64,000 nt of DNA from Nitrosopumilus sp. (GTDB taxonomy: Archaea > Thermoproteota > Nitrososphaeria > Nitrososphaerales > Nitrosopumilaceae): positions 1,088,001 through 1,152,000 of the forward strand of contig OZ244651.1 in NCBI GenBank assembly GCA_965218695.1, written 5' to 3'. The position numbers and the translations under genes were made by a program. Position 1 is the stretch's first letter. Each line of letters starts with the position of its first letter. Below, piece by piece: positions 28,186-39,238 of this stretch. The notes below the pieces were generated by a model. That model made no database searches and had not been told where the DNA came from. It worked only from the letters and a program-made list of their open reading frames with translations.

Positions 28186-29301
28186 GTGAGTGGCAAGGAT
28201 CAGTCAGTGGTGGGCAAGGACGCGCTGATGAGCACTAGGCCTGGCAAGCAGATCCTCAAACAGGGACTGTTCAAGTCCAAGGGGTTCAAGATGTTCAAGC
28301 GGTACAGGGAGGAGACAGAAGCCGGGTTTCCGGATTTTGCACAAAGGTTTGCACGGGATCTTCACGGCCTGATAATCTCAGATGGGGATCCGGCTGCGAC
28401 CCAGCAGGCCTTTGGAGACGAGGTAGAGTCCTCTGAGATGATACTTGAGACATCCAAGATCGGCCAGATACGATCCAGTCTGGAAAAACCCGAGGTACTC
28501 ATGGACAGGGTTCTCCGCATACTGAACTCGAACTTTGTCAAGATGACCTTTCCCGTATTCAACGCACTCTTTGATGCAGCATCAGAATACACACAAAAGG
28601 ACTACCCCGGCCTGAAGCGCGACATCGTGGAGGGGCACATACTGGCAATCGATCTCAGTGAGCCCATGGACAGGATAGTCGACAAGGACGAGGATCTGGA
28701 GTTTCTTGATGACTACAAACTGATGAACCCGTACATTCTGAGGCTTGCCCGCGACAAGATATCTAGGGGCGGCAGTAAAGTTCTTGAGGAGTTTGAGCGG
28801 GGGTTCAAGGATGCCAGGATAGGGCAGGATCTTGATGAGCGGCTCAAGTCAAAACCTGCCGAGATCACCGAAGAGGAGATGACGCTATCCTACAAAAAGT
28901 ACCGGGCCGTCATGGGCACTGCCGGCAGGAACATGGCACTGGCGCAGAGGCCGTTAGGGGAGATATTCTATCTGGGAATGGCAAGGGCAGCAGAGGGCGT
29001 CGGGTGCGGCAACGAGATGGAGGACTCGATGAAGAACGGCTTTGTAAAGATTCCGTCATGGCCGTTATACTATTCCCTGCTTGCAGGCGATGTCAGAAAG
29101 GGCTTTGATCTGACCTTGGAGAAGAGCAGCCTGTACCTGCAGGATGCAAGGCTTGCAATCGGTCTGCTGCCGGATGACTTTACACACCGCGAGTTTCTGG
29201 AGTTTCTGTTCCTGACAGTCGAGCACTACAACCACTACTGGCACGACCAGCTGAAAAAGTCAAACAGCTGGTCTGCATTCGAGTCCTCGCTTCCGGGGTG
29301 A
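28186..29301 (+). CDS. Conserved hypothetical protein
   Basis: 371-aa ORF with host codon usage, operonic with rfcL. Confidence 0.85.
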   Translation: MSGKDQSVVGKDALMSTRPGKQILKQGLFKSKGFKMFKRYREETEAGFPDFAQRFARDLHGLIISDGDPAATQQAFGDEVESSEMILETSKIGQIRSSLEKPEVLMDRVLRILNSNFVKMTFPVFNALFDAASEYTQKDYPGLKRDIVEGHILAIDLSEPMDRIVDKDEDLEFLDDYKLMNPYILRLARDKISRGGSKVLEEFERGFKDARIGQDLDERLKSKPAEITEEEMTLSYKKYRAVMGTAGRNMALAQRPLGEIFYLGMARAAEGVGCGNEMEDSMKNGFVKIPSWPLYYSLLAGDVRKGFDLTLEKSSLYLQDARLAIGLLPDDFTHREFLEFLFLTVEHYNHYWHDQLKKSNSWSAFESSLPG

Positions 29302-29308
29302 TGCGCAG

Positions 29309-30472
29309 TTGATGTGGTCTGAGAAGTACCGGCCTTTGGCCGTCTGCGATATGGTGGGAAACGAGGAGTCGCGGGCGGCAGTCATGGAGTGGTTTGCCAA
29401 ATGGAGAAAAGGCGCAAAACCGCTCCTTCTGACAGGCCCACCCGGGGTGGGCAAGACAACCCTGGCATACATTGCGGCAGGACAGTTCGGGTATGACATG
29501 TTGGGCCTCAACGCAAGCGATACTAGGAGCAAGTCCAAGATCAACGAGATTCTGGGTCCTGCGCTGGGAAACGCAAGCGTCATGGGATCCCCGATGATCT
29601 TCATCGACGAGGTTGACGGGATACACGGGCGGGGCGACTACGGGGGGGCTGCAGCCCTTGCAGCGATACTCAAGGTGCCGACTGTTCCGATAGTGCTTGC
29701 AGCAAACGACATAACCTCAGACAAGATGAAGGGGATCTGCAAGGCCTCTGTAATAGTACAGTTCAAGAAGATCCCGCCACGTCTCCTCCGGATGTACCTT
29801 GAAGATATACTGAAGAGAGAGAATGCAGCGCTGAGTCCCGGCTCCCTGATAAAGACAATCAGCAGGTCCGGCGGGGACATACGCTCAATGATCAACCTTG
29901 CACAATCCATGGCAACCGGATTCAGTCCGCCTGTCGAGTCGCCCACAGGCCGCATATCCCCCGAGGCTGCCATCAACGCGTTCTTCAAGGCCGAGACTGC
30001 AAGGGAGGCAGAAGGTATCCTGTACATGATGGACGGCGACCCCAGAACAAAGATCGGCGCATTCTACTCCAGCATAATATCAAGCAAGCTTGACGGCCCG
30101 GCCCTTGCGCACCATCTGGACGTGATATCGCAGGCAGACATGCTGTACGGGAGGATTCTCCGCACCCAGAACTGGAGGCTTCTCCGGTATCTCAACGGCA
30201 TACTGATAAGACTGTACGTCAATGATCCCAGAATCAGATACTCGCGGTACAGCATCCCGTGGCCACTGCTCAACAGGATCCGGTGGGACGGTGCCAAGAT
30301 AAGACCGCTTTCGCTACTGATGGCAAAAAGCCTGCACATGTCTGCCAGCGCGTTTGTAACGATATCCATGCCGTACATGCTGCACTGCCTGAAGAACGGA
30401 TCCATGGAACCTGGCCCCGGACTGGAGGAGTTTGGGGAGATAATCAAAAAGGAGGCAGGAAAGGCACGATGA
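29309..30472 (+). CDS. rfcL: Replication factor C large subunit
   Basis: WSEKYRP, GPPGVGKT, LNASD, DEVD, GDIRSMIN. Confidence 0.92.
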   Translation: MMWSEKYRPLAVCDMVGNEESRAAVMEWFAKWRKGAKPLLLTGPPGVGKTTLAYIAAGQFGYDMLGLNASDTRSKSKINEILGPALGNASVMGSPMIFIDEVDGIHGRGDYGGAAALAAILKVPTVPIVLAANDITSDKMKGICKASVIVQFKKIPPRLLRMYLEDILKRENAALSPGSLIKTISRSGGDIRSMINLAQSMATGFSPPVESPTGRISPEAAINAFFKAETAREAEGILYMMDGDPRTKIGAFYSSIISSKLDGPALAHHLDVISQADMLYGRILRTQNWRLLRYLNGILIRLYVNDPRIRYSRYSIPWPLLNRIRWDGAKIRPLSLLMAKSLHMSASAFVTISMPYMLHCLKNGSMEPGPGLEEFGEIIKKEAGKAR

Positions 30473-30804
30473 GTTGGAGGAAGATGCCCATGAGGTACCC
30501 AGGCACCTGCATAGTCTGCAAGGAGAAGATCCAGGTAAACGAGATGGGACTGTGGGCAAAAGGGCTGGGAGTCAAGCACGAAAGATGCGCCGAGGCTGCA
30601 GGACTGGACTGCATCATATGCGGCGGCCCTGCAGGGTGTCCGGAGTGCGAGTTTGCAGACGAGTGCGACATACAGAACGTATCCCCGTTCTGCATCTGCG
30701 ACAGGTGCAGCCAGCAGGGCAGCAGCCCGCTGGCCTCATACCAGAGCGCCTCAAACAAAAAGTTCCGGATTCTTGGCACTGAGAATGCACCCTCCTCCAA
30801 TTGA
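30469..30804 (+). CDS. Cys-rich putative zinc-binding protein
   Basis: Start at MSWRK (ATGA overlap with rfcL stop); multiple CxxC. Confidence 0.8.
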   Translation: MSWRKMPMRYPGTCIVCKEKIQVNEMGLWAKGLGVKHERCAEAAGLDCIICGGPAGCPECEFADECDIQNVSPFCICDRCSQQGSSPLASYQSASNKKFRILGTENAPSSN

Positions 30805-31017
30805 CATGCGATCGGCCGTCCCAAAAATAGATGATTCTGCAGCGTCATGTATTGCAGGTGCAGTTCCTAGATGCAGATCATTCGAGGCATATGGTGGCAA
30901 ACCATCCCGATGATTACCAATGGAATACCAAACCCTGACGCGGTGTTCTGATTTTGGGCGATCTGGCGATTCCAGTAAATTAAATTAATATAACAACCTG
31001 ATCCTTGAATCACAGTC

Positions 31018-32565
31018 ATGCATTCAGAAAAGATTGATGAGTATCTCAGACACAAGAATACTGCGCTCCAGGGCGGCGGCCAGGACAGGATCAGGGCCCA
31101 GCACGAGAAGGGCAAGCTGACTGCCCGCGAAAGAATCGATCTGCTGCTTGACGAGGGCACGTTTACAGAAGTCGACCCGATGACCACCCATCACTACCAC
31201 GAGTATGACATGCAGAAGAAAAAGTTCTTCACCGACGGCGTTGTGGGCGGGTACGGAGACATCGGCGGAAGGCAGGTGTTTGTATTTGCATATGACTTTA
31301 CGGTTCTTGGCGGAACGCTTAGTCATATGGGCGCCAAAAAGATTACCAAACTTATGGATCATGCACTCAGGACAGGATGCCCAATAATCGGCATAATGGA
31401 TTCCGGCGGCGCACGAATCCAGGAAGGCATCATGAGCCTTGACGGGTTTGCAGACATATTCTATCACAACCAGCTTGCCTCCGGGGTGGTCCCGCAGATT
31501 ACTGCAAGCATTGGGCCCTCGGCCGGGGGTGCCGTATACTCGCCTGCCATGACTGACTTTGTGGTGATGGTGCAAAAGGCCGGAACGATGTTTGTCACCG
31601 GACCTGATGTGGTCAAGACGGTGCTTGGCGAGGAGATCTCCTTTGACGACCTTGGCGGGGCCATGACGCACGGCTCAAAGAGCGGCGTTGCGCACTTTGT
31701 TGCAGAAAACGAGTACGAATGCATGGACTACATCAAGAAACTCGTCTCATTTCTCCCGCAAAACAACGCCGAGGCGCCGCCCCGGACGGGCACCGACGAT
31801 GATCCCAACAGGATGGACCACAACCTTGCCAACATAATTCCTGAAAACCCGCTGCAGCCGTATGACATGAAGGAGATCATCAACTCGATAGTAGACGACC
31901 ACGACTTTTTCGAGGTACACGAGATGTTTGCCCCCAACATCGTAGTGGGGTATGGCAGGCTTGACGGAAGGGTGGTCGGAATAATTGCAAACCAGCCGAT
32001 GCATCTTGCAGGCTCCCTTGACATAGACTCCTCAAACAAGGCATCCCGGTTCATCAGGTTCTGTGACGCCTTCAACATACCGATAATCACGCTAGTCGAC
32101 ACTCCCGGATACATGCCCGGCTCCAACCAGGAGCACAACGGGATCATCCGGCACGGCAGCAAGCTGCTGTATGCGTACTGCGAGGCCACCGTTCCCCGCA
32201 TCACGCTGGTCGTCGGAAAGGCCTACGGCGGTGCGTACATCGCCATGGGCAGCAAGAACCTCAGAACCGACATAAACTATGCTTGGCCCACTGCAAGATG
32301 CGCCGTTCTGGGAGGGGAGGCTGCAGTCAAGATAATGTACAGAAAAGAGCTAAACGCAGCGGAGAATCCCGAATCCCTCAAGGGGCGTCTGATTGACGAG
32401 TTTGCAGAAAAGTTTGAGAACCCGTACGTTGCAGCATCGCATGGAACTGTGGACAACGTAATTGATCCTGCCGAGACCAGACCGATGCTCATCAAGGCCC
32501 TCAGAATGCTTGCAAACAAGCGCGAAAAACAGCTTCCGCGAAAGCACGGGAACATAAATCTGTGA
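31018..32565 (+). CDS. pccB: Acetyl/propionyl-CoA carboxylase, carboxyltransferase subunit
   Basis: LTARERI, DSGGARIQEG, VDTPG, KAYGGAY, KHGNINL. Confidence 0.95.
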   Translation: MHSEKIDEYLRHKNTALQGGGQDRIRAQHEKGKLTARERIDLLLDEGTFTEVDPMTTHHYHEYDMQKKKFFTDGVVGGYGDIGGRQVFVFAYDFTVLGGTLSHMGAKKITKLMDHALRTGCPIIGIMDSGGARIQEGIMSLDGFADIFYHNQLASGVVPQITASIGPSAGGAVYSPAMTDFVVMVQKAGTMFVTGPDVVKTVLGEEISFDDLGGAMTHGSKSGVAHFVAENEYECMDYIKKLVSFLPQNNAEAPPRTGTDDDPNRMDHNLANIIPENPLQPYDMKEIINSIVDDHDFFEVHEMFAPNIVVGYGRLDGRVVGIIANQPMHLAGSLDIDSSNKASRFIRFCDAFNIPIITLVDTPGYMPGSNQEHNGIIRHGSKLLYAYCEATVPRITLVVGKAYGGAYIAMGSKNLRTDINYAWPTARCAVLGGEAAVKIMYRKELNAAENPESLKGRLIDEFAEKFENPYVAASHGTVDNVIDPAETRPMLIKALRMLANKREKQLPRKHGNINL

Positions 32566-32571
32566 TGAATC

Positions 32572-34059
32572 ATGATTGAGAAGGTACTTATCGCAAACAG
32601 GGGGGAGATTGCGCTACGCGTCATCAGGACGTGCAAGGCTCTTGGCATCAAGACCGTGGCAGTGTACTCTGACGAGGATCGCAACTCGCTTCACGTAAAG
32701 CAGGCAAGCGAGGCATACCACATAGGGCCTGCAGCCCCTGCAAAGTCCTACCTGAACCAGCAGAAGATCCTCGAGGTGATCCTCTCGTCCGGGGCAGACG
32801 CGATCCATCCGGGATACGGCTTTCTGTCCGAGAATGACGACTTTGCAAGGCTGTGCGAGGGGAACAACATCAACTTTATCGGCCCGTCTGCTGACTCTAT
32901 GAATTTGTGCGGCGACAAGATGCGGTGCAAGGCAGCCATGCTCAAGGCCGATGTGCCGACAGTCCCGGGAAGCCCGGACCTGGTAGGTGACGCAGAGGAG
33001 GCAGCAGACATTGCAAACAAGATAGGATATCCCGTCCTTCTAAAGTCCGTGTACGGCGGAGGGGGCCGCGGAATCAGACTCGCGCGCAACGACGAGGAGC
33101 TGCGCCAGGGATACGATTCTGTCACAGGCGAGTCCATCGCGGCTGTGGGCAAGTCGGCAATACTTGTAGAAAAGTTCCTTGAAAAGACCAGGCACATAGA
33201 GTACCAGATGGCAAGGGACACCCACGGGAACACCGTCCACATCTTTGAGCGGGAGTGCTCCATCCAGAGGAGGAACCAGAAGCTGATCGAGCAGACCCCG
33301 TCCCCAATAGTAGATGATGAGACAAGGGAGCGCATAGGCCAGATAGTGTGCAATGCAGCCGATGCTGTAGACTATACCAATCTGGGTACCGCCGAGTTTC
33401 TGCGGGCAGACAACGGAGAGTTTTACTTTATAGAGATCAATGCTAGGCTGCAAGTGGAGCACCCGATCACCGAGTTTGTCTCCGGACTGGATTTAGTCAA
33501 GCTGCAGCTGGACATTGCAAACGGGGAGCCCATACCCTTCAAGCAGAGCGATCTCAAGATGAACGGCTATGCCATAGAGTGCAGAATCAATGCCGAGGAC
33601 ACGTTCCTTGAGTTTGCCCCTTCAACCGGGCCGGTACCAGACGTGACCATCCCTGCAGGACCAGGGGTAAGGTGCGATACCTACCTCTATCCCGGATGCA
33701 CGGTATCACCGTTTTATGATTCCCTGATGGCCAAGCTTGTCACGTGGGGGCAGACATTTGAGGAGTCAAGATCCCGGATGCTTGTGGCCCTCAACGACTT
33801 TTACGTTCAGGGCGTGGAGACATCGATTCCGCTCTACAAGACCATCATGGAATCTGAAGAGTACAAAAACGGCGATCTCTCTACTGACTTTCTCCAGAGG
33901 TACGGCATGATAGACAGGCTCTCCAAGGACATCAAAAAGGAGCGGGATGCAAAGAGCCAAGCAGCCCTTGCAGCTGCAATAATTCATTCTGAATACTTTA
34001 AGAGCCGGGTGCGCCAGGATTCGGATACAAGATCAAACTGGAGAAACAGGCTGGACTGA
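32572..34059 (+). CDS. accC: Biotin carboxylase subunit
   Basis: ANRGEIA, HPGYGFLSEN, GGGGRG, RLQVEH. Confidence 0.97.
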   Translation: MIEKVLIANRGEIALRVIRTCKALGIKTVAVYSDEDRNSLHVKQASEAYHIGPAAPAKSYLNQQKILEVILSSGADAIHPGYGFLSENDDFARLCEGNNINFIGPSADSMNLCGDKMRCKAAMLKADVPTVPGSPDLVGDAEEAADIANKIGYPVLLKSVYGGGGRGIRLARNDEELRQGYDSVTGESIAAVGKSAILVEKFLEKTRHIEYQMARDTHGNTVHIFERECSIQRRNQKLIEQTPSPIVDDETRERIGQIVCNAADAVDYTNLGTAEFLRADNGEFYFIEINARLQVEHPITEFVSGLDLVKLQLDIANGEPIPFKQSDLKMNGYAIECRINAEDTFLEFAPSTGPVPDVTIPAGPGVRCDTYLYPGCTVSPFYDSLMAKLVTWGQTFEESRSRMLVALNDFYVQGVETSIPLYKTIMESEEYKNGDLSTDFLQRYGMIDRLSKDIKKERDAKSQAALAAAIIHSEYFKSRVRQDSDTRSNWRNRLD

Positions 34060-34066
34060 TGGAACA

Positions 34067-34579
34067 ATGAAGTACAGAATACAAGACACCAAGAGATCAT
34101 TTGACGGCAAAATAACTGAGAACCTCGGAGGAGGAGACTATGCCATAAAAATAGACGACACGGAGCACCAGCTGAGGATACTGGATATGGACTCTAAGGG
34201 AATCGAGTTCATTCTGGATCAAAGATACCACAAGGCAAAGTACCTGGGAAACTCCACCAGCGAGATGAGTCTGGTGGTAGACAACACGCCCATTACAGTC
34301 AACATGCACGTCGACTTTGACGATATAGTCTACAAGAACTCCGGAGGAGCAAGCACTGCCAGCGCGCAGACCGGGCTTAAAAGCCAGATTCCAGGCAAGG
34401 TCGTCTCGATTGCGGTGGCCGAAGGGGATACGGTCCAGACAGGAGATACTGTCTGCACCCTGGAGTCCATGAAGATGCAGGTTGCAATCAAGGCGCACAA
34501 GTCAGGCGTGATAAGATCCCTGAAGATCAAGGACACTGCGACTGTTGCCAAGGGAGACGTCATTGCAGACATTGAATGA
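34067..34579 (+). CDS. accB: Biotin carboxyl carrier protein
   Basis: ESMKM biotinylation motif. Confidence 0.95.
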   Translation: MKYRIQDTKRSFDGKITENLGGGDYAIKIDDTEHQLRILDMDSKGIEFILDQRYHKAKYLGNSTSEMSLVVDNTPITVNMHVDFDDIVYKNSGGASTASAQTGLKSQIPGKVVSIAVAEGDTVQTGDTVCTLESMKMQVAIKAHKSGVIRSLKIKDTATVAKGDVIADIE

Positions 34580-34685
34580 TTCCTGCACAGGATTCGGGTC
34601 AAATTATGACACATGTGACTCAGGCTGCGCCTGATTCTGCATGCCGTCCTGTGTGTGAAATGAAAACATGTGGTTTGAAGCAGGG

Positions 34686-35150
34686 TTACCTTCTTAGAAA
34701 GTCCTTGATCTCCTCGTAGTCAGGTTCCTTCAGGGGGTTCTCTGAGACCCACTTGTACCCTATCTTCCCGTCCTCCGTGACGATAAACACGGAGCGCTTT
34801 GCAGCGTTGTAGTCCTTGATGTGGAGCAGATCCTTCATCAGTATACCATACTCTTTGATTGTCTTGCTGGTGTAGTCGCCTAGCAACGGAAAGTTGAAGC
34901 CGTTCTTTTCTGCAAACGCCTTGTTTGCAAACGGGCCGTCGTTGCTGATTGCGACCACCTGCGCGCCAAGGTCTGCAATCTCCTGCCAAGAGTCCCTGAA
35001 AGTACAGAGTTCAGTCTGGCATACCGGGGAGCTTGCCGCCACAATAAATGACAGGACCGTCTTCTTTCCCTTGAATTCGCCTAGTGTCCGCATCTTCAAT
35101 TCGGTGTCTGGAATCTCAAAGTCCGGGGCCGTATCTCCTATATCTAGCAT
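34686..35150 (-). CDS. Peroxiredoxin (AhpC/Bcp family)
   Basis: IGDTAPDF, SPVCQTELC, AKRSVFIV. Confidence 0.9.
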   Translation of the reverse strand: MLDIGDTAPDFEIPDTELKMRTLGEFKGKKTVLSFIVAASSPVCQTELCTFRDSWQEIADLGAQVVAISNDGPFANKAFAEKNGFNFPLLGDYTSKTIKEYGILMKDLLHIKDYNAAKRSVFIVTEDGKIGYKWVSENPLKEPDYEEIKDFLRR

Positions 35151-35496
35151 GGTCACTCCATTATGAGTGGGTTATAAAGCAGTTTAGAAAAGCCGGATCT
35201 GCTTTGTTGTCTGATGTTGCTACTGGCCTATGCGGGCGCTTCCCGGCTGGACTACTGCGCTGCGCTGCGCGCGCAGATTCATTCCTAGAATGTAATGGTG
35301 TTGGGCTGGTCACATCTGTAGTCTTTATTCTCTGAACCGGCGTGTCTGCAGACAGCATGACAGTGGCATCTTGGAGGCCATCCACATATGTCCAATCCAT
35401 CCCGCATCATGCCGAATACTGCAATCAAATCCGTCCGTGTCATGGCATATGGTATGCCCTACCCCTTCAATCTTGTCTTGATCCTACTGAATATTC

Positions 35497-37022
35497 GTAA
35501 GTGTTCACGTGGTTTAACTCATTTTTAGGCGTATTTTGCAATCTCCGCCAAGTAATCCAATTTCTTGTTTTTCCATGTCATTACACATGAAAAGAAATTC
35601 GCCATCCACGTCATCGTCTCCTCTGCCCTTATGCTGCCCCGTATTTTTCTGTGCACGACTATCTCGCGCAACCCGCGTTCTGCAGCATTGTTTGTAGGCG
35701 GGATCTTTGGGTTCAGCACGAACCGGAACAGGTCGCTGCCAGCATTGCTGATCTTGACCATGAATTTTTCCAATATTGGATCGTCGGCGTACCTTGCAAC
35801 GATCTTTTCGATGCATGACGTCAGCATGGCAGACGCGTTGTCCCGGAGAGAGCGCGAGCGTTTCCTGCTTGCCCTTCTGGCATAATCATAGATTATGCGC
35901 AGGTGCTTCAGGACGTTGCGCGCGCCTGGGCAGTCCGGATTGCGGTTGCAGATGTCCCTGGCCTCGCGTATTATGTGCGACCAGCAGCGCTGGACGCGGT
36001 ATTTTCCGTACGCCGTCCAGCCGTCGCACACTAACGTGCCGTCCCAACCCCCAAGCGCTTCTTTCAGAACCTTTGCCCCCCGGCTGTCCCGTATCACGTA
36101 CAGCGCGTGCCCGGTCAGCGGATCGTGCAGTATCCACACCCAGACGTTGCGGCCGTTTAGGTGAATCGATGTCTCGTCGGCGTGCAGTATCTTGGCCTTG
36201 CGTATCATGGCGGCAATGGCTGCCGCAGGGGCGCCCAGCGACGTTCCCAGCCTGCGCATTATGTTGTGCGCCGTGCCCGAGGAGAGTGTAATTCCGTACC
36301 GCGACATGCGGTCTGCGATCATCCTAAACGGCATGCGACACACGTAATCGTCTGCAACATCAGTCGTTATGCTCGGATCGTAGCTGCCCTTGTCTGGAAG
36401 GCCGGTCTCGGGCTTGATGTCCACCAGACCGCAGGAGCAGCGACACGTGTTTATGGTGTGGCGCGTGGTGATGACCTTTATCGTGCGCTCCACCCTGGTA
36501 ATGTCGCGTTTTTCTGACTGCACTATGGAAAGGCTACCCGAGCCGCATTCGGGGCAGGCCTCCGGGGTGTGTTCCTCAAACTCGGTGGGTTTTGGCTTGC
36601 GGGTGCGGCCCATGTGGCCTTTTTGCCCCCCGCGCGACTTCCCGCTGCCGGCCGCATCCACGCGGTCCTTTTGATCCCGGGAGGCTTTTGTGGATTTATT
36701 GTAGGCATTCTTTTCGTCGCCTTTTCCCTTTGTGTCAGGCCATCCGGGCCCCCTTTTTTGTGATGACGGGGTGTTGTAATTGTCATGCCGCACCAGCCTG
36801 CGCTTAAGATCAGCAACTGCCAGATTCAATTCCTCAATTATCTGCCCTTGCATCTCAATCGTCTGCTTGAGCTTGATGTTCTCAGTCTTGAGATCCGTGT
36901 ACATCTTTTTGAGTTCAGCCTGGCTTTTCACATCGGGTTTGGATTACCATCCTATTTGGATCTGTGGTTTGCACAAAATTTACCCAAGAGTGAACTGAAT
37001 TAGGCACGACGTGAACACTTAC
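35497..37022 (-). mobile_element. IS66-family element, copy 2
   Basis: Same TIRs as 4028-5553; 8-bp TSD GAATATTC. Confidence 0.97.
35525..36931 (-). CDS. IS66 transposase (identical to 4119-5525)
   Basis: Identical 468-aa translation. Confidence 0.95.
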   Translation of the reverse strand: MKSQAELKKMYTDLKTENIKLKQTIEMQGQIIEELNLAVADLKRRLVRHDNYNTPSSQKRGPGWPDTKGKGDEKNAYNKSTKASRDQKDRVDAAGSGKSRGGQKGHMGRTRKPKPTEFEEHTPEACPECGSGSLSIVQSEKRDITRVERTIKVITTRHTINTCRCSCGLVDIKPETGLPDKGSYDPSITTDVADDYVCRMPFRMIADRMSRYGITLSSGTAHNIMRRLGTSLGAPAAAIAAMIRKAKILHADETSIHLNGRNVWVWILHDPLTGHALYVIRDSRGAKVLKEALGGWDGTLVCDGWTAYGKYRVQRCWSHIIREARDICNRNPDCPGARNVLKHLRIIYDYARRASRKRSRSLRDNASAMLTSCIEKIVARYADDPILEKFMVKISNAGSDLFRFVLNPKIPPTNNAAERGLREIVVHRKIRGSIRAEETMTWMANFFSCVMTWKNKKLDYLAEIAKYA

Positions 37023-37717
37023 GAATATTCTTTCTGCCCACTTTACAGAGTCGTGTGCATCTTTGGAATCCATCAGGTCTGGTTGATATTCAGATGCATT
37101 CTTTTTGTCTATTGGTGAAGTGAACTGTTTTTTATCTCCTGATATTCTTGCGGGGTAAATATTCCTCGAACAAGTGATAACACCTCTACATGATCATCGG
37201 ATGCACGTTTTCCTTTGTATGCTGTAGTTAATGCATCCAGTGCGTTAATTGCGCTGTGTATGGCGTTTGTTACTGCACTGTTGTACTTTGCACTCCGCAA
37301 CGCAATATTGGCTGTTTCCAAAAACTCCTCAGATTTTATGATGTATCTAGACGCTTTTTTGGATCCACGTTTCTTGTCATTTTAAAATAGACTCCAGACT
37401 CTTTCCGCATATTGCTATGTGACTGTCTAAAATTGAATGTACGAGCTCGCTTTTTCTTTTTGACTTGAGCTTGGCCTCAGAGAATATTAATGGCGAAACC
37501 TTGCTGTGAAATTTTACAAATATCTCTTGGTTTGCGTTTGATACGCTCACGATCGCATCATCAAAGTCGTTTGATACGATAAAAACATCAATATCACTGC
37601 CTTCCTTTTCCTGTCCTCTTGACGCACTTCCAAAAACTACCGCCGAGATAATTTTTTTTGTACTGAGATATTTTTTGAGATCTGAAACTACCTGCTCAAA
37701 AGTCTTAGCCTCATTCA

Positions 37718-38930
37718 GGGTGTGTCCTAGAGAGATATACTCTAGGATGACAAAAGATATGGATCGGCGGATCACGGCATCGCCTAATGACTACAAAGAA
37801 ACGCGACCAACGACAGTACGATCTGGTTCAGCAGTACATGCCGGGCCTCATGCTGAATACCGTGCTGGGGATAATCAAAGAGCTTGGGGATCCGTACGCC
37901 GTCTGGCCCGGCTTGGGCGGCATGACGGCATACCCGCCTGGCGCCATGGCAGCTGTCTGCATCATGCTTGAGGCACAGCGCACGACCTACCGTAAGATGG
38001 TCGGCATCCTCCGAAACAATAGCGCCATGGCAGCCAAGATGGGCCTAGAGAAAATTCCCTCCAAGAGCACGATAGCACGCGCCTACGGCCTGATCCCGGA
38101 ATGGTACCTGGCAGAGGCACACCGGATTGCCATCAGGGAGGTGGAGGCAGGCTCCCTGGCAGCAGACGGTACCGGATACTCGTACCTGCGGTTTGTCAGG
38201 TGGTTTGACGTCAGGACCGACAGTTTTCGTACCAGAAAGGGATGGGTCAAACTGCACGCAATCGTGGGCATACGCACCAGGGTGATAATCGACTGCATGG
38301 CAACTGACAGCGCAGTGGCAGACATAAACGGGCTGTACGCGATGCTCGGCAGGTTAGGCCGGGGCACCGGCGACTTTTGCCTGGATTCTGCATACCTGGC
38401 AAGGCTAATGTGCAACATGATATCTGCGATGGGAATGGTGCCCCGCATCAAGCCAAAATCCAACACCATACGCAACGCCAGGGGAAGCCAGTCGTGGCGC
38501 GAGATGGTAAGCCTGTACATGGATGAACGGGACAGGTTTGACTCGGAATACCACCAGCGCAGCATCATCGAGGCAGTCTTTGCCGCCCTCAAGAAGATGT
38601 ACGGGGACAGCACCAGGTGCCGAAAACACGAGAACCGGACAAGGGAGACTGCGATCCGTGTCATGTGCTACAACGTCGAGCTCGTGGCCAGATTGCAGGC
38701 AAAAGACGGCAGGCTCACACAGGATCAAATCGCGACACTTGCAGCGTAACCGGCGCGTCTTGACACGCGCCTCCTAGCGGAGCCTCCGCACAGTGTCTTG
38801 AATTTGGGGGATTTTATGGGTTGTGAAAGATTGACGGTGCGGCACTGTTGGTGTCGACGGGTTCTGGCACCAATCATGTCTTTGGCATCTTGGCACATGA
38901 AATGGCATTTTTTATTACTAGAACACACCC
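37718..38930 (+). mobile_element. IS5/IS4-like element, copy 2 of 7261-8473
   Basis: TIR GGGTGTGT(C/T)CTAG; 9-bp TSD CCTCATTCA. Confidence 0.95.
37787..38749 (+). CDS. DDE transposase
   Basis: Near-identical to 7442-8404. Confidence 0.92.
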   Translation: MTTKKRDQRQYDLVQQYMPGLMLNTVLGIIKELGDPYAVWPGLGGMTAYPPGAMAAVCIMLEAQRTTYRKMVGILRNNSAMAAKMGLEKIPSKSTIARAYGLIPEWYLAEAHRIAIREVEAGSLAADGTGYSYLRFVRWFDVRTDSFRTRKGWVKLHAIVGIRTRVIIDCMATDSAVADINGLYAMLGRLGRGTGDFCLDSAYLARLMCNMISAMGMVPRIKPKSNTIRNARGSQSWREMVSLYMDERDRFDSEYHQRSIIEAVFAALKKMYGDSTRCRKHENRTRETAIRVMCYNVELVARLQAKDGRLTQDQIATLAA

Positions 38931-39037
38931 CCTCATTCATGAACATTGGCTCTATGATTTTTTAGGACATGGCTCTTTTCGTTTAGCATTATTTGGTGTG
39001 ACTGCCCCACCGGTTGAATATGCACAACACCAAATAG

Positions 39038-39238
39038 CTACGGCACACATGTAGTACAAAAAATACCCATCGGTTCGGCCTTGTTCTGGCCGCAATCGGC
39101 ACACCAATTGGCTTTGCCGCAGCCATCACACACCTTCAAAATGTCGTTTTGGCGTTCGCCTTTGCAGTGGGCGCATGTTCTCACATGCAACTGGATTTGA
39201 GAATCTAATAAACGCCAAGTTTGCGCTTTTAATGTCAT
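39038..39238 (-). CDS. Small Cys-rich protein
   Basis: Four CxxC motifs in 66 aa. Confidence 0.45.
   Translation of the reverse strand: MTLKAQTWRLLDSQIQLHVRTCAHCKGERQNDILKVCDGCGKANWCADCGQNKAEPMGIFCTTCVP

Larger units (their letters stand above)
35459..37380 (-). pseudogene. HEPN-domain toxin, two frameshifts plus IS66 insertion
   Basis: Reconstructs as MTRNVDPKK/ASRYIIKSEEFLETA...IHSAINALDAL...DH...EIKK/QF...KKNASEY...WAERIF|SRIKTRLKG*. Confidence 0.85.
37377..39037 (-). pseudogene. MNT (minimal nucleotidyltransferase) antitoxin, IS-interrupted and frameshifted
   Basis: FGSASRGQEKEGSDID motif; upstream part VGQSHQIMLNEKSHVLK/KIIEPMFMNE lies beyond the IS. Confidence 0.85.

Noticed and set aside
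30811-30970. Weak inverted similarity upstream of the carboxylase operon
   Set aside because: Poor match and no target duplication.
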